NCBI RefSeq assembly: GCF_030144855.1
Contig: NC_082723.1
Span: 16,244,001-16,308,000 of the forward strand
Length of the DNA stretch: 64,000 bases
Reading direction: 5' to 3'
From: Hypanus sabinus
Lineage: Eukaryota
Below are positions 50,900-61,600 of this stretch, piece by piece. The first letter of the stretch is position 1; the number at the start of each line of letters is the position of its first letter. The translations under genes were made by a program, and so were the position numbers. The notes under the pieces were generated by a model that had not been told where the DNA came from, made no database searches, and saw only the letters and a list, made by a program, of their open reading frames with translations.

Positions 50900-51600
50900 A
50901 TTGTCATCTAACTTCGAATCTGTGTATTGTATTAGTGAAAAATCGGCAATATTATCGAAAATATCCGTTTATTTTTAAACTGCTAAATTTGTAGCGTTGT
51001 TGGGGTTGTTAATCCCAAAAGTTTTCACAAAACTATTTCCTTTCAAATCACGTGGCCCCAATCAGCTTCCCGGAAATGTGTGCAGGGGTGATGCGATGAC
51101 GCAATCACAAAGCGGTCTATGTGCTGTAACGGCCCGAGGATCTCGCGAGATTTGCGGCGGCACGAGCGCGGATTTGAGGTGACGCACTTTCCGCTTCCCT
51201 TTCCCAGTATGCTCTCTCTGAGAGACGGGAATGGCGGAGTATGGTAGCATCCTCACCCCGGCGGCACTCGGCCTCAACGCCGGACACTCGCCCGGACCCA
51301 AAGTAGAAGCTTTCGCCGACGCGCTGCAGAGGGCGCGGCAGGTAAAAGAGAGAGCCCGGCTTTCTTCGCTCGCCTGCAGGAGAGTTGCGGAGTAGAGGCG
51401 ATGGTTCTGGGCCAGCCTCTCCTGGAGGGCCGGAACCGCCTCCATTTGCAGCCCCCCGCCCCCTCTTCCCCGTCCCGTCCCCGGGAGGGGATAAGGCACA
51501 TGGCCCCTTGGCTGTCCCGTGATCACCTGAGTCATCCGGTTGTCTAGATCCCCAGACACCCCCCCCCCCCCCCACGCCCCAGTTCTGAGTTGGATATCAG
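50900..51600 (+). promoter_or_regulatory. CpG-island promoter of the FUBP-family gene
   Basis: CpG density is high against a CpG-depleted background. Motifs: E-box CACGTG 51049-51054, CCAAT 51058-51062, TTCCCGGAA (STAT/ETS) 51067-51075, ATGACGCAAT 51096-51105, TCTCGCGAGA (BANP) 51141-51150, half-CRE TGACG at 51180, a pyrimidine tract at 51187-51205, and YY1-type AATGGCGG over the ATG. Confidence 0.88.
51231..51341 (+). CDS. FUBP3: First coding exon of a far upstream element-binding protein (KH-domain FUBP family), most likely FUBP3
   Basis: Translates to MAEYGSILTPAALGLNAGHSPGPKVEAFADALQRARQ, followed by a phase-0 donor CAG|GTAAAA. The motif F.DA.QRARQ|IAAKI marks the conserved FUBP1/KHSRP/FUBP3 exon-1 boundary. 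The MAE start, K-x-E-x-F and lack of a Gly/Pro run favour FUBP3. Family confidence is high; paralogue confidence is moderate. Confidence 0.85.
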
Positions 51601-52631
51601 AGAGCAGCTTTATTCTTGGATTAATCTGAACCCACCCGGGACCCCAATTCCTTCCTACCCGCCGCACTGCATTACCAGGCACCTGCTTTAGGAATTACAA
51701 CCTAATACCGAGTTATTGTCCCATAAGTTGACCAGCTGATTGTTCCAGGTCTTCCAGTTCTCCAATATAAAGCCCTTGCAAGCATGTCTTTATCTACAGT
51801 TTTCAGTACTGCAGAACGTAGTAGTTAAGCAATTATTGCTGCACATTATGTTGACAAATCCTGGCGGGAAACCAGATTAAAAAAACATTTCAACAAATTA
51901 GTATCCAGCATCTTGTCTCCTTCACCCCATGTTTTGTCTTCCTTTACATTTCCAGAGAATGGTGTTTCACGGTGTTTGTGTTTGCATGTCCTATAGTGTT
52001 GAGATTTTTCTTTGGTTTTCAGTTGTGGAATCGCTGAAAGCTTGTTGAATTTATGCATTAAGAATTATGTGTAAATTGAGAAAATATTACCTGAAAACTG
52101 AGCTATGTAAGGGGTGGGTCAAGTCTGCTGGCTGGATAAAACTAACTGAACACCTATGGGTCTCCTAGACTGTGAGGTTAAATAATGCGGTAATTGAGTT
52201 AAGCTGAATAGTAATCTTAGCATATCTATCATTTTCAGAGCTGATATTCTGTTGCAAGATTGAATGATGGAGCTGAATGGCTTAATTTTGCTCCTTTTTC
52301 TTATGATCTTATTGGACTATCAGATAAAGGATCCTTAGTTTATAAAACAATTTTTTTTGGTGAACGTGAAATAACGGGAAGGCTAAACCTGGATACATGT
52401 AGTCAATATTTGCTAAGTTGCTGTAGATAAATGTTTTGTGCGCTTTTGCAAGGATATGACGTTTCAAGGTTCAAAACATCCTCAAATCTTAGATTTCAGT
52501 AAATTGCTGAAAACTTTGAAATTCCTGCTCTAGCTTTTGAAAATTTGAGAAGAGAACCAGAAGAGTGTTATTGATCCTGGTATAAAAAGGAGCATTAGAA
52601 ACATGGAAGTTGTCAAATTGTGTGCAAATCC

Positions 52632-52995
52632 TCATTATGTGCCGTTTCGTATGACGTGGGCAATCGTGGTCTACACGACCGTGGTTGTTCCTGGCAAATT
52701 TCTCTGCAGGTTTGCCGTTACCTCCTGGGCAGTGACTTTACAAGACGGGTGACCCTGGCTGTTATCAATGCTCTTTAGAGATGATCAACCTGGCATTAAT
52801 GGTCAATAACCAGGACTTGTGATGCACACCAGCTGCTCGTACAACCATCCACCGCCTGCTCCTATGAATTCATGTGACCCTGATTCAGGGTGAGGGGGGA
52901 GGGCTTATGCAGGTGCCAGAGGGTGACTTGCGGGCTAGTCGAGGGAAAGAGAGCCTTGCCCCTCCTTTGCTAGAGATGTACCTCCACCCCATCAT
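52632..52995 (-). mobile_element. Non-autonomous RTE-tailed element, copy 2
   Basis: Collinear with 30075-30462. Confidence 0.6.
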
Positions 52996-54169
52996 CCAAT
53001 GTATAAGAAAAGTGTAAACAAAACTAAGTATCCTGGTGAGGGACCAGATTGAATATACATTGCAACAAGTTAATAACTTCCACATGGACTCTCTAACAAC
53101 TTAGAGAGTCTATTTGGAAGTCATTAATTTGTTAAAATGTATTTTTCAACAACAACTTATACCCCTATTTAACAAAAGGTCACTTATAATGGATTTCATC
53201 AAAGCAACATCCATTATCCTAGTGAGCAACACTGGTTAAATAAATCCACACAGAAAGCTATTTTTTTTTAGTGCATTTAACCAATCACTAGAGAGTGATC
53301 AGAAGGATCTGACTTTATTTTGCTTGAATTTGGTATTAATTACTGGAAGTAAACCAGGAGAGCTCTGAAGGGAAATATTATGCAGTGAATATGAAGTTTG
53401 ATTATGTTCATACTTTGATCTGCTGTCAATCTTATCTATGATGTACAGTGTGTGGAAACTTCAGTTTTTTTAAAAACGTGCAGTGTCTCTTTTTGCCTCC
53501 CTTTTCTCTTGTTGGAACGAAATTTGTAAATCAAGACTTCTTCAAGATTTATGGTGTGACATAATATATTTTACCTTTTATATTGCAGTCATAAGAGAGG
53601 TCATGCGTTATAAATGATACGCAAGTTCAACATGTAACTGTTGTGTAGATGCCATTCTCCTTTAGTGTATTGTTATTTGATTTGTAAAAATGTTGCCTGA
53701 CAGTTTTCTTGTAATTCTTGAGGACATTAGAGACTAGATACTGGTATCTAGAGCAACAAACAAGGTGCTGGAATAAATCAGCAGGTTAGGCAGAATATGT
53801 GGAGGGAAATGTTTCAGTTGAAGGCCTGAAATGTCAACTGTACATTTTCCTTCACTGATGCTGCCCAACCTGTTGAATTCAGCATCTTGTTTTTTTTCAT
53901 ATATTTTCCCGATAATCTGTTCTATTGAGACCCTCTATTAAATATATTTGCAACTCTGGCATCTGGTTTTGATCACTGATGTTGCATTTTATGGAGCACA
54001 CAAGTCATTTTCACTGCAACATAGAAAACTTTAATAAGATCTCAAGCCTTATTCTGAGAGGAAATTTTTTGTAGTAACTAATTTGGATAATTATGCAGAC
54101 CTCAGAGGGAAGGTTGTAATCAAAAATAATGTCTAATATCTTCTGACTGTTCTCAACCTTATGACAATC

Positions 54170-54810
54170 ATTAGAAACCTAGAAAATAGGTGCAGGAGTA
54201 GGCCATTCCGCCCTTCGATCCTGCTCCGCCATTTAGTATGATCATGGCTGATCATCCAACTCAGAACCCTGTACCTGCTTTCTCTCCAGAACCCCTGATC
54301 CCTTTAGCCACAAGGGCCATATCTAACTTCCTCTTAAATATAGCCAATGAACCGGCCTCAACTGTTTCCTGTGGCAGAGAATTCCACAGATTCACCACTG
54401 TCTGTGTGAAGAAGTTTTTCCTCATCTCAGTCCTAAAAGGCTTCCCCTTTATCCTTAAACTGTGACCCCTCGTTCTGGGCTTCCCCAATATCAGAAACAA
54501 TCTTCCTGCATCTAGCCTGTCCAATCCCTTTAGAATTTTATACATTTCAATAAGATCCCCCCTCAATCTTCTAAATTCCAGTGAGTATGAGCCTAGTTGA
54601 TCCAGACTTTCTTCATATGAAAGTCCTGCCATCCCAGGAATCAATCTGGTGAACCTTCTTTGTACTCCCTCTATGGCAAGAATGTCTTTCCTCAGATTAG
54701 GGGACCAAAACTGCACACAATATTCTAGGTGCGGTCTCACCAAGGCCTTCTACAACTGCAGTAGAACCTCCCTGCTCCTGTACTCAAATCCTTTTGCTAT
54801 GAATGCCAAA
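54170..54810 (-). mobile_element. Well-preserved 5'-truncated CR1 3' end
   Basis: ORF 54261-54743 reads VRPHLEYCVQFWSP..LRGDLIE..TRGHSLRI..VVNLWNSLP and is open for 160 aa. The tail is TAGAAACCTAGAAAATAG. Confidence 0.93.
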
Positions 54811-55264
54811 GGATTAACATTAATAATAGCCATTAACTATTTGTTGCTGTCAGTATATTTTGTGTATATATTGCATCCCTCTTGTCCTTGCAGCTTGTTA
54901 AATTGGAGGGTTATTGTTGGAGAGAGTATTGTAAATGATATTTGAGCTTTATATAGTACCAATTTTCACATGTTGATACAGCTTTATTTCATGTTCAGAT
55001 TCTAATGAATGTAGGAAACCTTGTGCAAGTGACATTGGTGCCAAATGCACAGAAGATAACGTGTTATTTAATATTAATACAGGTATTAAATGACACATGC
55101 TAGTTGTGATGAGTGTACAATTATTTAATTTGCTGAGTGTGTAAAATGTGTTCATAAGGCAGAATGTAAACAATTTCTATAAGAAAACTTATCCACCACT
55201 TTACGGATATTGCTGTTTATGACATTTCCACACTTCCCAGCTGACTTGATTGCATATGTGTATC

Positions 55265-55880
55265 AAGAAAGGGACCTGAATGTGTAGTACAGCCAAGAAA
55301 GTTCACCAAACCCTCTACTTCCTCAAGAGGCAAAAGTAATTTGGCATGTGCACATTAGCCGTTACCTTTTTTTATGAATGCACCATAGAAAGGATTCTGT
55401 CTGGATGCATAACGGCTTGGTATACCAATACCTTTGTATATGGCCACAAGAACCTGCGGAGTTGTGGATATAGTGCATCATGAAAACCAGCCTTCCCTCT
55501 ATGGACACTTATCTTACTGCCTCGATAAAGCAGCCAGCATCATTAAAGACCCCACTCTCTTCTCCCCTCTCCCATTGGGCAGAAGATAACGAAAGCTGGA
55601 ATTCTTGTTCTACCAGGCTCAAGGACAACTTCTATCCTGCTGTTATCAGACTCTTGAATGGTCCGTGTACAATAAGATGGACTCTTGACTTCACAATCTG
55701 CCTTGTTACGATCTTGCGCTTTGTTTACCTGTCCTGCACTTTCTCCGTAGCTCCTACACTTTATTCTGTATCGTTATTTTTCTACCTTATTGTACCACAA
55801 TGTACGGTGTAATGATCTGTGTGCACAGCATGCAAGGCAAGCTTTTCACTTCATCTTGGTATCCGTGACAATAATACTAA
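55265..55880 (+). mobile_element. Rex1/Babar LINE 3' fragment
   Basis: Contains CTIERILSGCITAWY and TRLKDNFYPAVIRLLNG, ending GTGACAATAA. Confidence 0.75.
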
Positions 55881-57634
55881 TATCGATCCACATGATTAGG
55901 TTTAACATAATTTCAAGAAGTGCAACTGAGGGAAAGTTCTATTTGCTATATATTTAACTTTTATTTAAAAGGCACTTGTTTTGCATTCCTTTCAAACAAC
56001 TGGTATATAGTAAGTTACATTTTAGTCTAATCACAGCTTGACCTTGTATGTAACTGTTGTAACTCCATTACACTATTTTTGTGAATTATATTTTGCATAC
56101 TTCATCTTATACAAGTATTATACAACTTTGATTTGCAATTCAGCATTGAGGGCAACAATGTTCAGGCACCAGCAAGTATTTGACTTGCATCAATGGTTTT
56201 GAGCTTTTAAACATGTCAGATTCAGGTACTGGGAATCTATTTACCTTTCCCATTTCTGTCAGACCTACATTATGATGTCAATTAAATGCTGAGCATTACT
56301 GTGAAACTAATCAAGTTGACACAGTTTGCATGTTGGCCTAAATAGTTTTGTGATGAAACTGCATTGTTCAGCATATCAAAGTCTGCCAAATTCCCCTTTT
56401 TCTGATATCCATGTGACATGATCATTGGTTTGTGATTATGGGGGTATCTAATTGCTACATCTTCTGTAGAACCAGGGTGTAGTTGTGGCATCTTGGCTAA
56501 AACTAGTTAATTCCTCATTGACCAAACCTTGGGAGGTTTAAATATAAGATGCCAGTTTCAATACTCCTGTGACTATATGTTGTTGGCCAAATTTGTCTTT
56601 ACATTTCCATACTATCTCCAAATGAAAGTTCCGTTTGACACAAAAAAAAATTGTGGTATATGTTTGCAAAATCTATGGAAACTGCATTGTGCAGTTGTGG
56701 GATAGTCTACGGATGGACTTGCTGAGATTAGAGATGGGCGTGAGGCATGAGGAGAACTCGGATATTGATGAAGCTGTACAGATCTTCAGTTGTGAAATGG
56801 TTTCTTGATTTTATTACTTAAAGCTAAAATTCAGAGACTTGAAATTCTGCAGATGTTGGAAATCCAGAATAACACACAAAATGCTCGAGGAGCTCAGCCT
56901 GACCCACTGTTCCTCGAGCATATAGTGTTGTGCAAAAATTCAGGTACTGATTGACTCATTGAGTATATATTAATAGTGGATACGTTATTAGGAATATCTT
57001 AATTCTGATGAATTTGTTTCTCAGTCCCAGTGGATATAGAGTGGTCATGGATATATTACATTTGGGGAAACTTGCCATTGTTTTCTGAATGTGATTGCAG
57101 TTAAACAATCTTTCTTGGTCTTGTCTTTGTAGATAGCTCTTTTGGGCATTTATAAATGGTTGTATACTTAAGAGGGCAAATGTATACTCAAGCAAATCAG
57201 TTTGAGCTTTGTGATATAATGCACAGATCAAGCATCTTGGTTGATACTTGCACTGAGGGTGCTTTTGAATGTAGGTTTAATTAAATGATCCTGCAAAATG
57301 GCACCATTATAATACAGTCCAATACCCTAGTCATGCCTAGGCCTTTTTCATGGATACTTGAGGGTAAAACTCCCTTGACCATGTCCCTATCAATGCACTA
57401 ACTAAAACGCATCAGTAGGTATGCCTGTTGTTTACATAGCCATAACAATACTCTGTAACTTTGTCAAATGTAAAGGCAGCTACCCTAGTTAGCTCTGTGC
57501 ACTTTAAAGTATTTGTAAATGCATTTTTTCTAGTTGGTGAGAGTGGTTCAAAACAAGATCTCTGCAATTGCAGAGTTTGAAAAGGGCAGAGTACTGAGAA
57601 GCAGATGACAAAATTAAACCTTTCACTTAAAAAA

Positions 57635-60600
57635 CCTCTGGATTGCTGCCGGTGCCATGTGCCAGTGAGGGCAAGAACAGGATGATTTAGCAGATGAATG
57701 CGTGGCTGAGGAACTGGGACAGAATGTCAAATGACTGGATTATTAGGATCTCTAATAATTATTAGGTACGACCTGTACAAAAGGAGTGGATTGCACCTGA
57801 ACCTTGGGGGACCAATTTCCTTGCGGACAGGCTTGCTGGGACTGTTGTAGAGGGGTTAAACTGATTTGACAGGGGATGAGAAACTGAGTGATAGGGCTAA
57901 GGATGGGGCTGTAGGTATACAAGTGTAGGCAATGTATAATGAAACTGTCAAGAAGGACGGGCAGGTGATGGGGCAAAATTGCAGTCAGTGGTATGAGTTG
58001 CAGGGTAATGGAACAAAATTGTGATTGGGTATTTTGCAATGAACCAGATTTGATTAGAGAGCTTAAGGTAAAGGAACCCTTGAGGAGGTGATCATAATAT
58101 AGAATTTACCCTGCAATTTGAGAGGGAGAAGCTGAAGTCAGATGTATCAGTATCGCAGTGGAGTAAAGGGAATTATGGTGAATGAGAGAGGAGCTGCCCA
58201 AAGTTCATTGGAAGGGGCAGTAGCAGGGATGACAGCAGAGCAGTAATGGCCAGAGTTTCTGGGAGCAATTTGGAAGGTGCAGGATAGGTACACTCCAAAA
58301 AAGTATTCTCTAGGCAGAATGACACGACTGTGGCTGACAAGGGAATCAAAGTCAACGTAAAAGCAAAAGAGGGTGTATAGTAGAGCAAAAATGATTGGGA
58401 AGCTTTTAAAAGAACGAGGCAACCAGAAAGGTCCATAAAGAACAAAAATATGAAATATGAAGGTAAGCTAGCTATTAATATCAAAAAGGATATGGAAAGC
58501 TTAAGATATATAAAGAGAGGCAAGAGGAGATATTGGACTACTGGAAAATGATGCTGGAGAGATAGTAATGTGGGATAAGGAAATGTCGGATGAGCTGAAT
58601 AAGTATTTTGCATCAAGCTTCACTGTGGAAGACACTAGCAATATACAGGATGTTCAAGAGTGTCGGGGCAGAAGTGAGTGAAGTTGCAATTACGAAGGAG
58701 AAGGTGCTTGAGAAGCTGAAAGGTCTGAAGGTGGACAAGTCACCTAGACCAGATGGGCTACGCCTCAGGGTTCCAAAGAAGGTCGCTGAATAGATTGTGG
58801 AGGCAATTGTAATGATCTTTCAAGAACCACTAGATTCTGGTGAGGTTCCAAAGGACTGGAAAATTGCAAATGTCACTCCACTCTTCAAGAAGTGAGGGAG
58901 GTAGAAGAAAGGAAATTATAGGCAATAAGCCTAACCTCAGTGATTGGGAAGAAGTTGGAGTCGATTGTTAAATGAGGTTTTGGGTACTTGGAGGCAGATG
59001 ATAAAATGTGCCAAGGCTGTCATAGTTTCCTTAAGGGAATATCTTGCTTGACCAATCTGTTGGAATTCTTTAAATAAGTAACAAAGATAGACAAAGGAGA
59101 ATCGGTGGATGTTGGGTACTTGGATTTCCAATACAGTTGACAAGTGCCATATATGAGGCTGCTTAGCAGATTAAGAGCTCATGGTGTTATTCCAGGAAAG
59201 ATATTTGCATGAATAAGAGGCTCATTGGCAGGAGGAAGAGAGTGGAAATAAATGGAGCCTTTTCTGATTGGCTGCTGTCTAGCAGTGTTCATAGAGGTCG
59301 GTATGTTGTATGTTTATTATTTGGATGATGGAATTGATGGCTTTTTGGCCAAGTTTACAGATGAAACGAAGACAAGTGGAGGGGCAAGTAGTGTTGAGGA
59401 AGCAGGCAAGCTGTAGAAGGACTTAGATGAATAGAATGGACAAATAAGTGGCAGATGGAATAGAGTCTGGAAGTGTATGGTCATGCACTTTGGAATGAAT
59501 AAAAATGTAGACCATTTACTAAATGAGGAGAAAATTCAAAAATTTGAGGTGCAAAGGGACTTGAGAGTCCTCGTGCAGGGTTCCCGAAAGGTTAACTTGG
59601 TGTGGCAGGCACTGTTAGTATTAATTTCAAGAGGATTAGAATATTAAAAACAAGGATATAATGTTGAGGCTTTATAAGGCACTGATGAGGCCTCACTTCG
59701 ACCTTAAGACTTTGGAGCAGAAGTCTGCTTCACCATTTCATAATGGCTGATCCAGGATCCCATTCAACCCCATACACCTGTCCTCTCATAATTTCACTTG
59801 ATGCCCTGAACAATTGGGGTATCTTAGATATGGGGACAATATTCCAAGTGCAGCCTGACCAGTGATTTATAAAGCTTCAGCATTGTTTCTTTTTTATTTT
59901 CTATTCCTCTTGAATGCCAACATTTCATTTGTCATCGTTATCACATACTCAACCTGTGAATTAACCTTCTGGGAGTCTCCTAAGTTCCTTTTATCAAAAT
60001 GCATTATCGTACATTTCCCAACCCTGTATTGCATCTGCCACTTTTTGCCCATTCTTCCAATTTGTCTAAGACCTGCTGCAATTGCATTTCTTCCTCAGCA
60101 CTATCTACCCCCTACTCATCTTTGTATCTTTGCGAACAGTCATCAGTTCCACTATCTAAATCATTGACAGACAATGTGAAAATTAACAATCCCAATGCTG
60201 ATCCCTGAGGAACACCATTAGTCACTGGCAGGCATTGAGCAAAGGCCCCTTTTATGCCCACTTGCTGCCTCCTGCCTGTCTTCTATCCGTGCCAGTATCT
60301 TTCTGCAATGCCATGGGATTTTATCTTGTTAAGCAGCGAAGTAGCCTCGTGGCATTTAGCAAATGCCTTCTGAAAATCCAAGTAAATAACATCCACTGCC
60401 TCTCCTTTGTCCGCCCCTGCTTGTTACTTGCCTAACAGATTTGTCAGGCAAGATTTCCCTTTACAGAAACCATGCTGACTTTGACTTATTTTATCATTGG
60501 TCTCCAAGTACCCCGAAACCTCATCCTTAATAATGAACTCCAATACTTCCCCAACCACTGGCCTAGAATTTCCTCTTTTGCCTTCCTCCCTTCTTAGAGT

Positions 60601-61600
60601 GAAGTGACATTTGCAATCTTCCAGTCCTCCAGGACCTTTCCAGAATCAAGTGATTCTTGAAAAATCATGACCAATGCATCTGTTACCTCTTCAGCAACCC
60701 CTCTTCAGACTCTGGGATGTAGTCCACCTGGTCTAGGTGACTTGCCCACCTTAAGACCTTTGAGTGTGCCTAGCACTTCTTTCCTTTGAAATAGCAATGG
60801 CACTCACAGACCTCTGGCACACAGCTAGTGTCTTCCATTGTGAAGACTGAAGGAAAGTACTTAAGTTCATCTGCCATTTCCTTGACCCCATTACTACCTC
60901 TCCAGCATCATTTTGCAGTGGTCCAATATCAATTCTCACCACCTTTTTATTTATATGAAAAGAATTAGTATCTGGCTTTATATTATCAGCTAGTTTACCC
61001 TCTTATTTCATCTTTTCCCTTACAGCTTTTTTAGTTGACTTTTGTTGGGTTTTAAAAGCTTTCCGATCATCCAACTTCCCACTCACTTTTGCTACTTGAA
61101 GTATTGTGAGCAGTTTTGATATTCCTATCTAAGAAAGGATGTGTTGACATTGGAGAGGAGTTCAAAGGAGATTCCCAAAAGTGATTCCGTGTTTGATTAT
61201 CAGTGCTTGGCTCTGGGCCTGTACCCATTGAAATTTAGAAGAATAAGGGGGTATTGGGGTATTTTCATTGAAAGCCATTGAATGCTGAAGGCCTAGATGG
61301 TGTAGGTGTGGAAGGGATATTTCTTTTAGTGGGGGAGACTAGGACCAGAGGGCACAACCTCAGCATAAAGGGACATCCATTTAGAATAGATGAGGAATTT
61401 CTTTAGCCCGAGAGGTAGTGAATCTGTGGAACTAAACCATAGGTGGCTGTGGAGGCCAGGATATTTTAGTTATTTAAAGTCAATAGATTCTTGACAAGCC
61501 AGTGCATCAAAGGTTATTTGGAGAAGGCAGGAGAATGGGGTTGAGAGGGAACTGGATCAGGCATGATTAATTCTACTCCAATGTCTTGTGGTCTTACAGC
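57635..61600 (+). mobile_element. Long decayed CR1 LINE interrupted by an opposite-strand CR1
   Basis: It runs from the ORF1 end through KGLKVDKSPRPDG and the RT remnants to LYKALMRPH at 59698. It resumes at about 61098 (YCEQF) and ends in a tail at about 61595. Confidence 0.88.
59701..61093 (-). mobile_element. CR1 LINE fragment nested antisense within the plus-strand CR1
   Basis: The 3' tail lies at about 59701-59810. The minus strand reads VIYLDFQKAFA (about 60360-60395) and IGPLQNDAGE (60751-60942). Confidence 0.85.

Noticed and set aside
51062-51682. 206-aa and 152-aa minus-strand ORFs over the CpG island
   Set aside because: Stop-poor GC-rich antisense frames with no recognisable domain; the plus-strand FUBP exon explains the region.
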